A DNA stretch of 64,000 nucleotides from Spirochaetota bacterium (GTDB lineage: Bacteria; Spirochaetota; UBA6919; CBDBPB01), in NCBI GenBank assembly GCA_965208615.1, contig CBDBPB010000001.1, positions 32,001 to 96,000 of the forward strand, given 5' to 3'. Position 1 is the first letter of the stretch. Every line of letters begins with the position of its first letter. The notes beneath the pieces were generated by a model, which ran no database searches, was not told where the DNA came from, and was given only the letters and a program-made list of their open reading frames with translations. Position numbers and translations under genes: made by a program. Shown here piece after piece: positions 30,802 through 43,219 of this stretch.

Positions 30802-31640
30802 TTAGTCTTTTAAAAAGCTATTATTAAGAAAGGTATAAATTCTTTTAGTAATCAAATATAGCCACTTATTTTTGGTTAGTAAAACACCAAAATACCTTTT
30901 AAACTTTGTCTCTCTAATAAGCTCTTTTTCTTTTCCAACTAAAACATCACATAAATTCTCTTTATAAACATCTATATGGTTGTTTATTATTTGCCTATAT
31001 AGCCTTAAACGATCACTCTCACCAGTAGCTGACATTGAGTCTTTTAACTTTCTATAGTTGAATAGTAGTTCATTAATAGTATGAATATGCCATCCATGCT
31101 TGGTAACGCCAATATAAAAGTCCCAGTCTTCATATGCAGTATCCATATTAGAGTTATACTCACCAGCCTGCTCCCAACACTTTTTCCTATATAAAGAATT
31201 ACCAACTAGCAGGATGACCTAAAAGAGCCTCTTTTATAGTCCCTCCAGATGGGTACCACTCAAAATATCTATACCCATAAGCCCTAACCCCACATGTAAC
31301 AATACCAATCTCTGGCTTATTATCCAAAACATAGACTGCCTTAGATAAAAAACTAGGTTCAAAAACTATCATCAGCATCCAAGGTTAGAATATACTCACC
31401 AACAGCCCTTTTGATAGCAGTATTCCTAGCAACAGATAGTCCCTCATTCTCTTTATTTATAACAAAGGTTTTAGGCTTATCATATTGTTTAAGCTTATTA
31501 TTGGTAAGTTCATCAGTTGATCCGTCATTAACAATAATAATCTCAAAATCTTTAAATGTTTGATTTAAAATACTATCAACAGCCTCATCAATATACTTTC
31601 CGTGATTATAACAGGGTATAATAACCGATACTTTAGGCAA
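30802..31640 (-). pseudogene. GT2 glycosyltransferase, copy B, two frameshifts
   Basis: Same N-terminus as copy A; +1 near 31361 (A run) and +1 near 31204. Confidence 0.8.
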
Positions 31641-31662
31641 ACCTTAACCTCCATAAACTAAT

Positions 31663-33459
31663 TTATAATCTTTTACCATTTGCCAATGAATTAAAATGCT
31701 TACAATTAGCAATAAGATAGTCATAACTACCCGAACAAATAACCTTTCCCTTATCCAAAACATGAATAACATCACAGTTTTTTATAGTAGTTAACCTATG
31801 AGCTATTATGATTAGAGTTTTAGTCCCACTAAGATTATTTATATTATTAACAATATCCATCTCAATCAAGTTATCCAAAGCAGAAGTAGCCTCATCCATA
31901 ATTAGTAAATCAGGATCATTATAAAGTGCCCTTGCTATACCTATACGCTGTCTCTGCCCTCCAGATAGCTTAATCCCACGCTCACCAATAATGGTATTTT
32001 TTCCGTCTTTAAGCTCATATATAAATTCACTTAGCATTGCAGTTTTAATAGCCTTATCTAACTTGTCATGGTCAATATCATCAGTAGGAACACCAAAGGC
32101 AATGTTAGACGAAATAGTATCATCGTATAAATAAATATGTTGTGGTATATAGCCAATATTAGCCATCCAATTTTTAACTGTATCACTATTAAGCTCTTTG
32201 CCATTAATAAAAATATTTTTTAAGTGATCAGGGAAAAGTCCTAGCATGATGTCAACAATAGTAGTCTTTCCAGCTCCAGACGTTCCAACAAAAGCATTAG
32301 ACTTGTTTTTTTCTATTATAAGATTAATGTCTTTTAATACCAAGCTATCACATTTAGAATATTTAAAATTTAAACCTTTAAGCTCCAAGCTGTTAAAATC
32401 TAACTTGTTACATTTACGTTCAGATAAACAAATATCATCTATGATTTTCTGGTCAAGATTTTTAAGAGCATCTAATGTTATATCAACAGAATAAATATAA
32501 CTTTTTATAAGCTGAAAAGCCTTTGGTATTTCACTAGCCCTTGGCAAAAGCCTATATGCGGCAATAGCATAAAAACTTATTATAACAAAAATATCACTAA
32601 AAGGCATAGCTATATAAACAAAATAAATAATTACAAGTATAAGCATAAGAATAGCGAAGAACTCTAGTATTAAATATGGAAGCTGATTAATAGTTTGTAC
32701 TTTGGTAGTTATATCAGACATAACAGCAGAGCTATGCTTAAACGTTTTATAAAAGAAAAACTCCTTACCTAAAACCTTAATATCCTTTATACCATGAAAT
32801 GCCTGTGATCCAATTCTATATAAACCAGTGCTATGCTTATTACTAAGATCACTATACCTATGTAATCTATTTTTTACAACATAATATAACAAAGGTATAA
32901 ATACGCTAAAAAATATTAACAAAATCAATGTAATCTTTAGTTGAACAACCAATAACATTGTAAGCATAAAAATTATAACCGTAAAATTAGTAAAAGACAA
33001 AAAAAGAGGTACTATTACACTGAAAGCTAAAGTATTAACAAGTTCTAATATATTACGCAATAAATGAGAACTCTCTTCATTTATGAAAAAACTGTAGTTC
33101 TTGGATAAATAACTAGAAAACATATCTATAGAGAACTTATGTCTTAACCTTAAGCTATAGCTATAATATAAATAATAAGCAAACATTGAAAATACATTCT
33201 TTAAAAGAATAGCCAATATAACTAAAAACCCTAAAGAAATGATAAAACTACTAACAGAACTAAAACCTAATAACTCATAGGCAAAACTTAAATATTGATT
33301 AGACTTAATTAGGTCTACGTCATTTAAAATGCCTATAAAAGGTACTAAAAGACCAATACCAACTAACTCTAAACCTGCAAGCATAAAAGAGGATAGCACT
33401 AATATTATTATCTTTTTTTTACCTATCATCAATAAAATAAATATTAATTTTTTAATCAA
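31663..33459 (-). CDS. ABC-type glycan flippase/exporter (PglK-like)
   Basis: TMD, YRLLP, GTSGAGKTT, LSGGQRQRIGIARALY; within a glycan cluster. Confidence 0.88.
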   Translation of the reverse strand: MIKKLIFILLMIGKKKIIILVLSSFMLAGLELVGIGLLVPFIGILNDVDLIKSNQYLSFAYELLGFSSVSSFIISLGFLVILAILLKNVFSMFAYYLYYSYSLRLRHKFSIDMFSSYLSKNYSFFINEESSHLLRNILELVNTLAFSVIVPLFLSFTNFTVIIFMLTMLLVVQLKITLILLIFFSVFIPLLYYVVKNRLHRYSDLSNKHSTGLYRIGSQAFHGIKDIKVLGKEFFFYKTFKHSSAVMSDITTKVQTINQLPYLILEFFAILMLILVIIYFVYIAMPFSDIFVIISFYAIAAYRLLPRASEIPKAFQLIKSYIYSVDITLDALKNLDQKIIDDICLSERKCNKLDFNSLELKGLNFKYSKCDSLVLKDINLIIEKNKSNAFVGTSGAGKTTIVDIMLGLFPDHLKNIFINGKELNSDTVKNWMANIGYIPQHIYLYDDTISSNIAFGVPTDDIDHDKLDKAIKTAMLSEFIYELKDGKNTIIGERGIKLSGGQRQRIGIARALYNDPDLLIMDEATSALDNLIEMDIVNNINNLSGTKTLIIIAHRLTTIKNCDVIHVLDKGKVICSGSYDYLIANCKHFNSLANGKRL

Positions 33460-33940
33460 AGAGAACTCCTCTTTTTATCTAAGAGCTTATCTTAACAAAC
33501 ATAATAACCATAAGATATTTTTATTATAAATACTAGTAGACTTTTATTCAAAAACTGTTAATAAATATCCTAATAAAGATAATAAAAAGTGTTCTAACAG
33601 GCACTTTTTATAGGTTATTGGCTAACTTAAACTAATATTATGTTATTTAATGTCCTAATGATAAATTGTAGTTCCAAATATCTTATAACGTTGATCTATA
33701 ATAAGTTTAAGGAGTTAACCCGTTCTTTGTAGAATAGCTAATGATAAATTTATAAATATGTTTTTCTTATAAAGTTGATTTTAACAAACATTTTTAGTTA
33801 ACTATTTACATTATTCTAGATAGCTTTTTATTATATTTACACAGATTTATTAAAACTCTTAATATAAGAAATATTATTAAATAAATTGTTTGGTTTTCAT
33901 TTATATTATTTTTTTTGTTAAAGTTAAAAATCTTTAGTTA

Positions 33941-35083
33941 TTGATTATAGGGGTGAATATGCTCAATAAAGATGCAACTAATAGAAATTTTATTCAAGTA
34001 AAAAAGAGAAAAGAAATAAACTATCTTATTGATAGATACCTAAATAAAAAGAAAGTCTTCATAAAAGGCATACCTAATACAAGTGCATCCTTTAGAATTG
34101 TAAACCCCTATGGAATAATAGAACTACAATTCAATGAGCCATATCAAAAAAATATTATTGGGCTATACGAAATAACAATTTATACCGTTTTAAAAAGGTA
34201 TATAGAGATTACACTACACCAGGTATCCAGTGATACTAATCAACATAAGGCAAAATATCAGTTTATTAAAGTTAACATAGCTAATCAGATACGTAATGAT
34301 AAGCGAATTAATGTTAAAGGGATTAGTGCATATAACTTTAAGCTGGATAAATACTCTATAAACCCTAATATGCTAAATCTTCCTATTGCTGTACAACTAT
34401 CTTTTGATAAATATAAAAACCTAATTATAAAAGAGTTTGAAAACTCTAGTGTTGAGATCTTTGATGGAATACCAGACAATAAGCTTTTATTGGCAGTAAA
34501 AAAACTTCAAAAAAGTTTTTATGTTAAAAATATGCCTATGGAAGAAGCTGAAACAGGAATATTACCAGATTATAAAAGCCTTATGAAGTCAGGTTTTAAA
34601 ACTGAGATGGATAATCTAAGAAGTCAGGGTATTAGGTCTATATTAATTCATCCTATTATTTATACCAATTTAAAAAATGAAAAAACTACACTAGGTTATT
34701 TCAAGATTCACTCTTTTTCTAAGCCAATAGATGAGGATACTATAGCCAAATTAAACTACTACGCCGATGCTATTAATAACGATATTAAGGAAACTACCTA
34801 TCAAACTATCAAAACTCATCTAAAAATAGCAAATATATCAAAAAGGGGATTACAAATTATAATAAATCACCAAAGTACTGTTGATATGTTCTTAATCGAC
34901 TCTAAAAACGTTATTTTTAATATTAAATTAAATAATGATTATCCTACACTTACTCTTACAGCAAAGATAATTAACATATCCTTGGATAAAGACTATATTT
35001 ATAAATTAGGAATACATCTTCATGATAAGTCTAAGGATATAAAGTTATGGGATAAATATATATACTCTTTAACTAAAAGTTAA
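33941..35083 (+). CDS. DUF1577/PilZ-like protein
   Basis: IRNDKR (RxxxR), ANISKRGL PilZ-like motif, GAF-like middle region; ATG start probably 33959. Confidence 0.55.
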   Translation: MIIGVNMLNKDATNRNFIQVKKRKEINYLIDRYLNKKKVFIKGIPNTSASFRIVNPYGIIELQFNEPYQKNIIGLYEITIYTVLKRYIEITLHQVSSDTNQHKAKYQFIKVNIANQIRNDKRINVKGISAYNFKLDKYSINPNMLNLPIAVQLSFDKYKNLIIKEFENSSVEIFDGIPDNKLLLAVKKLQKSFYVKNMPMEEAETGILPDYKSLMKSGFKTEMDNLRSQGIRSILIHPIIYTNLKNEKTTLGYFKIHSFSKPIDEDTIAKLNYYADAINNDIKETTYQTIKTHLKIANISKRGLQIIINHQSTVDMFLIDSKNVIFNIKLNNDYPTLTLTAKIINISLDKDYIYKLGIHLHDKSKDIKLWDKYIYSLTKS

Positions 35084-35122
35084 TTCAAAACCAGCTACTA
35101 AAACATTCACTAAGGAAAGAAT

Positions 35123-36112
35123 ATGATAAAAAATAAAAAAAAGGCTGTTGCTCTATTATCTGGCGGACTTGATAGTACAATAGCTACCAAATTAATAAAA
35201 GATATGGGCATTGATATTGTAGCATTAAACTTCCATACTGTATTTTGTACTTGTAATAGAGATGGGTGTAAGTTTGAGTCTAAAAAAGTAAGCAAACAAT
35301 TTAATATACCATTAAAAGTTATGAGTGTTACTAAGGATTATATGAAAGTTATTCGTAACCCTAAGTTTGGATACGGATCCGCTATGAACCCTTGTATAGA
35401 CTGTAGAATATTTATGTTTAAGAAGGCTAAAGATTATATGAATGAAATTGAAGCTTCTTTTATTATTACTGGTGAAGTTTTAGGACAACGTCCTATGTCT
35501 CAAGGAAAGAGCAAGATGGCTTTAATTGAAAAAGAAGCTGGACTAAACGGATTAATACTTAGACCTCTAACTAGCTTTAATGATAAGCTCTATGATAACA
35601 TAAAAAGCTCCATCAACTTTAACGATTTACCTAATATAACCGGACGCTCTAGAAAAAAACAGATTGATCTTGCAGAAAAGCATAAAATAGATAATTATTT
35701 ATGTGCAAGTGGAGGATGTCTACTAACAGATAAAGATTTTACTATAAGGTTAAAAGACTATTTTGAACATAATGACGAAGATGATATTAATCAAATAAAG
35801 CTACTTAGAATAGGAAGGCATTTTAGACTAAATAAAAAGATTAAGTTAGTTGTTCCAAGGGATGAAAAAGAAGTTAACAAGCTTAATTTTTATAAGCATG
35901 TGGGTATTTATTTAACACCTAATATTAAGGGGCCTACGGGGTTGGTCTTGGGTGAGGATATAAATATTGATAACATAAAGTTAGCTGCTAGGATAATTAG
36001 TCGTTATTGTTATAAGCCTGAGGTTTACTTTGAGCCTGATAAACTTTTTAAACCATTTACTGTTAAGGCATTTAAACCTGAAGACCTTACTCCGTATTGG
36101 ATAAAGCGATAA
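35123..36112 (+). CDS. PP-loop tRNA sulfurtransferase-like protein (ThiI/MnmA-like, DUF814-associated)
   Basis: LLSGGLDS, NPCIDCR, GEVLGQRPMSQ, GGCLLTD, GRHFR. Confidence 0.8.
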   Translation: MIKNKKKAVALLSGGLDSTIATKLIKDMGIDIVALNFHTVFCTCNRDGCKFESKKVSKQFNIPLKVMSVTKDYMKVIRNPKFGYGSAMNPCIDCRIFMFKKAKDYMNEIEASFIITGEVLGQRPMSQGKSKMALIEKEAGLNGLILRPLTSFNDKLYDNIKSSINFNDLPNITGRSRKKQIDLAEKHKIDNYLCASGGCLLTDKDFTIRLKDYFEHNDEDDINQIKLLRIGRHFRLNKKIKLVVPRDEKEVNKLNFYKHVGIYLTPNIKGPTGLVLGEDINIDNIKLAARIISRYCYKPEVYFEPDKLFKPFTVKAFKPEDLTPYWIKR

Positions 36113-36222
36113 TACTATTAAATAATTTGACTTAGTCTAATTTTTGTATATCTTTATCATCTTAGAACAATAATGTGATTTTACTATATGAGTTTTAGAT
36201 ATTTTTTAGGGAGCATAGTTTA

Positions 36223-37502
<1,280 letters not shown>

Positions 37503-37503
37503 C

Positions 37504-38706
37504 ATGGTTGAACTACTTGCTCCTGCTGGGAATATGGATAAGCTGTTTGTGGCTTTATCATACGGCGCCGATGCAGTATACTTATCAGGACAGTATTTTG
37601 GCTTACGGTCTGCCGCTGATAACTTTTCCATAGGGGATATAGAGCGTGCTGTTAAGTATGCCCATAAGCTTAAAAAAAGGGTATATCTTACTGTTAACGC
37701 TTTTCCTAATAACATTGAGATCGACTATATTGCTAAATATCTTAGTTTAATTAAGGATATCGACTTGGATGCCTTAATCATAGCTGATTTTGGTGTTTTT
37801 ACTTTGGCTAAGGAACTCACACCTTTTAATATTCACATATCCACTCAGACTTCGGTTACTAATTCAGAGGAGCTTAAATTTTGGTATAGACAAGGGGTTA
37901 AGCGTGTTGTATTAGCTAGAGAACTCTCTATTCATGAGGCATATAACATAAAAAATCACCTTGATATTGAGTTGGAGATGTTTATTCACGGTTCTATGTG
38001 TATGTCATACTCTGGTAAGTGTACTATTTCTAATTACACTGCTAATAGGGATGCAAATAGGGGAGGCTGTGTAAACTCGTGTAGGTGGAAATACTCTATA
38101 GCCGATAAACTTGGGCAGGAGCCTTTTGATCATAGTTATATTATGAGTTCTAAGGATCTATGTACAATCGATGAAATAGCCAGCATGATAAACTGTGGTA
38201 TTCATTCTCTAAAGATAGAAGGCAGGATGAAAGGACATTTATATTTAGCTAATTCTGTTAGTATATACAGAGAGGCTATTGATCAATTTATTGAAAATGG
38301 AGTTATAAGCCAAAAAGAATCCTGGGTTGACAGGTTTAACTTTTTACACAACAGAGGTTATACTAATGGATTTTCATACAACAGGGCTGGTAGGAGTTCT
38401 ATATTCAGCAAAAAGCATACTGAGAGCAGTAATAATCGGTTTAACTATATTGGAACTGTAAAAGCTATAACTCAGAAGTTTATTATTATACAGGTAAAAA
38501 ATCGTTTTTTTATTGGTGATGTTTTAGGTTTTCTAACTTTTAACGGCATTGAGGTTATTTATAAGGTGGATAATATAATAAGTATAGCTGGAGACAATAT
38601 TAATGAGGCTAAGGCAAATAATATAGTATACCTAATGAAGATTAAGGATATAGAGCCATATAACATAGCTTATTTAAAATTAGGTATGACTAATAAAAAT
38701 AATTAA
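37504..38706 (+). CDS. U32 peptidase family protein (TrhP-like Fe-S tRNA hydroxylation)
   Basis: ELLAPAG, GADAVY, HGSMCMSYSGKC, NRGGC..SCR, SLKIEGR. Confidence 0.9.
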   Translation: MVELLAPAGNMDKLFVALSYGADAVYLSGQYFGLRSAADNFSIGDIERAVKYAHKLKKRVYLTVNAFPNNIEIDYIAKYLSLIKDIDLDALIIADFGVFTLAKELTPFNIHISTQTSVTNSEELKFWYRQGVKRVVLARELSIHEAYNIKNHLDIELEMFIHGSMCMSYSGKCTISNYTANRDANRGGCVNSCRWKYSIADKLGQEPFDHSYIMSSKDLCTIDEIASMINCGIHSLKIEGRMKGHLYLANSVSIYREAIDQFIENGVISQKESWVDRFNFLHNRGYTNGFSYNRAGRSSIFSKKHTESSNNRFNYIGTVKAITQKFIIIQVKNRFFIGDVLGFLTFNGIEVIYKVDNIISIAGDNINEAKANNIVYLMKIKDIEPYNIAYLKLGMTNKNN

Positions 38707-38785
38707 TATATTTTATTTATTATTTTAAAGAGTTTGATAAAAAAAAAGATATTTATTCCATATTCAAGTGTTTAGTTAGTTAAAC

Positions 38786-38818
38786 CATCTAATAAACAAT
38801 TTGTTAGATGCTTTTTTT
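38786..38818 (+). terminator. Intrinsic terminator
   Basis: CATCTAATAA/TTGTTAGATG stem followed by a T7 run. Confidence 0.6.
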
Positions 38819-38840
38819 AATTTATCTCTCCTTAGTTATA

Positions 38841-38870
38841 AAAGGGGCTGGTTATATACCAGCCCTTTTT
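38841..38870. terminator. Intrinsic terminator, possibly bidirectional
   Basis: GGGCTGGT/ACCAGCCC stem flanked by A and T runs. Confidence 0.75.
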
Positions 38871-38983
38871 GTTTTAAAGTCAAAAGATTTTAAATAGTCC
38901 GCCTATAGATTAGTAATTTTAAGTATAATAGGTTTATATATGTGTTAGAATATATAGCCGTCCTTTTTTATAAAGGAGATGTT

Positions 38984-41179
38984 ATGAAAAAGCTATTGTA
39001 TATCACATCTGTTATTTTATTGCTTTTTATATTTAGTCACAGCTGTACTAAAAAGCATATCAAACCACCTATAGAACATATTAGTAGTGCTAAGCTTGTA
39101 TTAAATCTTACTAATAAAGGATATTATATCACCACTAAGGAGGGCAAGGTAATTACTGAAAAAAAAGATAGGGTAATAAACTTATGGGACATTGACAACC
39201 GCAGTATAAAACCTATTAAAATTAGAGGTAACTATATTTATGATGCTTCATTTTCTCCTAATGGAAAGAAAATCATTATAGCAAGGAGCGATGGAAAGAT
39301 AACTTTATGGAATATAAAAGATTGTAATAAGTTTTATAATTTTGAAGGACATACAGGTAATGTTTTTAAAGCCATTTTTTTACGAAATAGTAAAAAGGCT
39401 ATTTCTGGCGGCGATGACGGCAGTATCAGAGTATGGGATACACTAAACCATAGACTAATAAAAACATTAAAGGGTCATTCATTTTTTATAAACTCTTTAT
39501 CATCCTCTCCAAAAAGTCATTATGCTGTATCAGGTGGTGCAGACAAGATCATCAGGCTATGGGATTTAAAAAAAGAAAAAGAAATTGCAAAACTAAAAAA
39601 GCATACTGGTACTATACTTAGTTTAGCTTTTTCTCCTGATGGAAATAGTATTATATCAGGGGGGAGTGATGGAAAGATAAATCTTTGGAGTATTAAAAAA
39701 AGACGTTTAATAAAAACTTTTAATGGTCATAATGGTTCTGTATTTGCGGTTTCCTTCATGCCAAAACATAATAGTATTATATCTGGCAGTGATGACGGAG
39801 ATATAAAAATATGGAATATAAATAATACTAAAACATTAAAAACTTTTAAAAGTAATTCTATGGTAAGAAGTGTATCTCCATCTAAGATTAGCAACAAGTT
39901 TTTATCAGCAGGAGGAGATAACCTTGTAAGGCTATGGAATACAAGTGGTTATCTTCCTAGTAAATCTATTAAGAGTAAAAAAGGGAATATTTATTCAGTA
40001 GCTATAACTCCCAAAGGTAATAAGGGAATATCGGGGAGCGAGGATGGTGAACTAAAAATATGGGACTTAAATAATGGAAATATTATTAAAACATTTAAGG
40101 CTCACTCAGGTTCTATATTTAGTGTAGCCTTATCTCCCGATGGAAAAACTGCATTGACTGGTGGAAGTGATAGTTTGGTTAAGCTTTGGGATCTAAAAAA
40201 CTATAAGCTTGTTAAAACTTTTAAAGGACATACTGGTATTGTTTATAGTACTACTTTTTCTCCCGATGGAAAAACTGCTCTAACTGGAAGCTTTGATAAA
40301 ACTATAAAACTATGGGATTTAAATAATAAGAAATTAATAAGAACTTTTAAAGGCCATACTTATAGGGTATCCAGTGTTACTTTTTCTCCAGACGGAAAAA
40401 CAGCTCTATCTGGCAGTGAGTCTATTATACTCTGGGATGTATCTACTGGTAGTATTATAAGAAAGTTTAAAGGGTATTTTTATTTTTATCCCATTTCTAC
40501 TGTAGCCTTTTCTCCCGATGGTAAAACTGCAGTATCTGGCGGAGCAGATAAAAATATTAGACTTTGGAATGTTAAGACTGGTAGTACTATTAAAATATTT
40601 AGAGGTCATTCCAGCGATATTAGTAGTGTAATATTCACTTCTGATGGGACTAAGATTATATCCGGCAGTAGGGATAAAACTATAAAGCTCTGGAATATTA
40701 AAACTGGAAAGCTCATTAAAACTCTAAAGGGCCATGATGCTCATGTACACAGTATTGCAGCCACTCCTGATGGTAAGAAGTTTATATCAGGAAGTTCCGA
40801 TAAGAAAATTAACATTTGGAATTTAGAAAAAATGAAAAAGAGTATAAGGCTTTTTAAAGGTCATACTTCTTTAGTTTTTAATGCTTTATTTTCTCCCAAT
40901 GAGAAGTTTATTATATCCTCCAGCATGGACGGAACCATAAAACTATGGAATCTTAAGACTAACTTTGTAACTACACTATATCATATTAGGTGGATAGAAC
41001 AAAAAAAGAGATATTCCGAGTGGATAATAGTATCCTCAGATGGATATTGGACTTCTTCAAAATGTAAAAACACTCAGATTAGTAAAATCAATGATAATAG
41101 GCTAAAGCACAGAAAAAAGACAATGTCTATTAAGGATAACCGTTCAGATATTATATTAAGACGTATAAATAAAAACTAA
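38984..41179 (+). CDS. WD40-repeat protein, probable lipoprotein
   Basis: AAGGAG RBS, MKK...SHSC signal, about 14 GH....V..SPDG....SGS.D..I.LW repeats. Confidence 0.92.
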   Translation: MKKLLYITSVILLLFIFSHSCTKKHIKPPIEHISSAKLVLNLTNKGYYITTKEGKVITEKKDRVINLWDIDNRSIKPIKIRGNYIYDASFSPNGKKIIIARSDGKITLWNIKDCNKFYNFEGHTGNVFKAIFLRNSKKAISGGDDGSIRVWDTLNHRLIKTLKGHSFFINSLSSSPKSHYAVSGGADKIIRLWDLKKEKEIAKLKKHTGTILSLAFSPDGNSIISGGSDGKINLWSIKKRRLIKTFNGHNGSVFAVSFMPKHNSIISGSDDGDIKIWNINNTKTLKTFKSNSMVRSVSPSKISNKFLSAGGDNLVRLWNTSGYLPSKSIKSKKGNIYSVAITPKGNKGISGSEDGELKIWDLNNGNIIKTFKAHSGSIFSVALSPDGKTALTGGSDSLVKLWDLKNYKLVKTFKGHTGIVYSTTFSPDGKTALTGSFDKTIKLWDLNNKKLIRTFKGHTYRVSSVTFSPDGKTALSGSESIILWDVSTGSIIRKFKGYFYFYPISTVAFSPDGKTAVSGGADKNIRLWNVKTGSTIKIFRGHSSDISSVIFTSDGTKIISGSRDKTIKLWNIKTGKLIKTLKGHDAHVHSIAATPDGKKFISGSSDKKINIWNLEKMKKSIRLFKGHTSLVFNALFSPNEKFIISSSMDGTIKLWNLKTNFVTTLYHIRWIEQKKRYSEWIIVSSDGYWTSSKCKNTQISKINDNRLKHRKKTMSIKDNRSDIILRRINKN

Positions 41180-41298
41180 AAAATCTAATTACCTTTTTAT
41201 AATAAGGTTAAATAACTTGTATATAACTTCTTTTGTACTTGCTTCTTTCCTTTATTTTAACTATATTTCATACTTATAATCTTTGCTAGGGGAACATA

Positions 41299-42579
41299 AT
41301 GATAAATATTATACCTTTTAGGGGTATTAGGTATAACAAAAATAAGGTAAAAGACTTAAATCTTGTTATAACTGCTCCTTATGATAAAATTGATAAAAAA
41401 TTACAAGATGAATATTACAATAGAAGTGAATATAATTTTGTACGCCTCGACCTAAATAAAAGTGAAGATAGATATGATAGTTCTAAACGCTACTTCCATA
41501 GCTGGATAAAGGATGAGATCTTAGTTCGCGAGGATAAACCCTGTATTTATTATTATACTCAAGAATATGAGTTTGAAGGCTTTTCTAAAGTTAGAAAAGG
41601 CTTTATCGCACTACTAAAAGTCGATGAACTGGAAAATGGTAATGTATTACCTCATGAACAAACACTTTCTGGCCCTAAAAAAGATAGACTCGATTTGTTA
41701 ACGGCTACTGAGGCTACTTTCGGACAAATATTCATGCTATACAGTGATAAACAAAACTTAATAATGAAAAGCATATCCAAAATAGACAAAAATACTCCCA
41801 TAATTCTTGTAAAGGATGATGACAACAATATCCATACAGTTTGGAAAATCGACGACCCTAACTTGATTAAAAATATACAAAATGAAATGGCTAATAAAAA
41901 AGTATACATTGCTGATGGCCATCATAGATATGAAACCTCAATAAATTATAGAAATATTAGAAAGAATCACTCTAGTAATTATACAGGTGAAGAGCTTTTT
42001 AACTATACTATGTGTACTTTTATTAATATGGATGATACATCTGGAATGTCTATTTTACCTACCCATCGCTTTATAAAAGGATTAAAGAACTTTAATCTGA
42101 ATGACTTTTTGGATAACTTAAAAAAAGTTTTTACTATATCTAAACATAATAACAAAAATGACTTATACAAAACATTAAAAAACTCAATACATTCTTTCGG
42201 ATTAATAACCTGTAAAGCTAAAGAATTATATACAATTAACCTTAGAAAAGATATTAATATAGACGACCTATTTACTAAGAATTATACAAAAAATATGAAG
42301 TCATTGGATATTACTATTCTCCATAGTCTAGTTCTTGAGAATATGTTGGGCATTGATGAAGATAAACTTAGAAAAAAACTAAACGTTGACTATTTTAGGG
42401 ATAAAGAAAAAGCATTTAATTTAATTTCTTTGGGTAATTATGATCTTGGCTTTTTAGTTAATCCCATTAACATTGATCAAGTTAAGAATATAACAGAAAG
42501 TGGAGAAAAGATGCCGCAAAAGTCTACTGATTTTTATCCAAAACTACTTTCTGGACTAGTTGTTAATTATTTATCTTAG
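41299..42579 (+). CDS. DUF1015 family protein
   Basis: PYD, LPHEQT, IADGHHRYET, MPQKSTDFYPKL. Confidence 0.9.
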   Translation: MINIIPFRGIRYNKNKVKDLNLVITAPYDKIDKKLQDEYYNRSEYNFVRLDLNKSEDRYDSSKRYFHSWIKDEILVREDKPCIYYYTQEYEFEGFSKVRKGFIALLKVDELENGNVLPHEQTLSGPKKDRLDLLTATEATFGQIFMLYSDKQNLIMKSISKIDKNTPIILVKDDDNNIHTVWKIDDPNLIKNIQNEMANKKVYIADGHHRYETSINYRNIRKNHSSNYTGEELFNYTMCTFINMDDTSGMSILPTHRFIKGLKNFNLNDFLDNLKKVFTISKHNNKNDLYKTLKNSIHSFGLITCKAKELYTINLRKDINIDDLFTKNYTKNMKSLDITILHSLVLENMLGIDEDKLRKKLNVDYFRDKEKAFNLISLGNYDLGFLVNPINIDQVKNITESGEKMPQKSTDFYPKLLSGLVVNYLS

Positions 42580-42619
42580 TATATAATAGTTTGCTGTAAT
42601 AAAACTATTATATATAATG

Positions 42620-43114
42620 TTAGCTTCGTTTTAGAGTAGTAGGACTAATCTGTTTAGCCATCTCATCAAAAGTTATATATGATATCTCTTTAGCCTCTAC
42701 TTTAATCAAAGTAAACTGATCCCTGTTTTCCTTATCCTTTGGGATATTGCCTATATAAGGAGACTTTTCACCTATAATCTCATATCCTAATAAGGTATTC
42801 TCATCATCAAAGCCGTCTAATAACTGGGCTATACCTTTTACACAAAGCTGACATATATTAGAAAGCTCATCTTCTTCTTTGTATATTAGAATAGATACTT
42901 TTGGATTCTCACTAATAGGCTTAAATATCTCTTTATTATTTTGACTAGATAAATAAAACTCCCCATCTACATTATGAGAGAATATCATTAATTGACTTTC
43001 TAATCCATCTTTATAAGGAAAGGTTAAAACTCCAAAGAAAGCTTTTCTAAGAAACTGATCTATTTCGATTTTTGTATGTATCATCATATTACAATATCGA
43101 CTAAGATAACTCAA
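42620..43114 (-). CDS. Pyridoxamine 5'-phosphate oxidase-like FMN-binding split-barrel protein
   Basis: GVLT, ENPKVSILI, V.G.A pattern. Confidence 0.55.
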   Translation of the reverse strand: MSYLSRYCNMMIHTKIEIDQFLRKAFFGVLTFPYKDGLESQLMIFSHNVDGEFYLSSQNNKEIFKPISENPKVSILIYKEEDELSNICQLCVKGIAQLLDGFDDENTLLGYEIIGEKSPYIGNIPKDKENRDQFTLIKVEAKEISYITFDEMAKQISPTTLKRS

Positions 43115-43219
43115 TATTAAGTCAAAAATATTAGTTTATAGCCAGGTTTTTATATCTATACCTCTAAAATATAGCCTTTAACTCTTTGATAATAAAAGAC
43201 TAAGAATTAAAATAATAGA

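Larger units (their letters stand above)
29573..31747. repeat. Direct duplication of about 985 bp (29573-30556 and 30761-31747)
   Basis: Each copy holds the ABC gene 3' end, the GT2 gene and the first codons of the cytidylyltransferase; separated by about 204 bp. Confidence 0.93.

Noticed and set aside
33584-33609. AAAAAGTG...CACTTTTT hairpin in a divergent intergenic region
   Set aside because: Weak stem and not positioned after a gene end
33620-33650. dif-like site (TATTATGTTA)
   Set aside because: Only a partial XerD-arm match in AT-rich DNA with no XerC arm
35095-35107. CTACTAAAACATT, a short inverted match to the element end
   Set aside because: Only 13 AT-rich bases and no TGT/ACA terminus; may be chance
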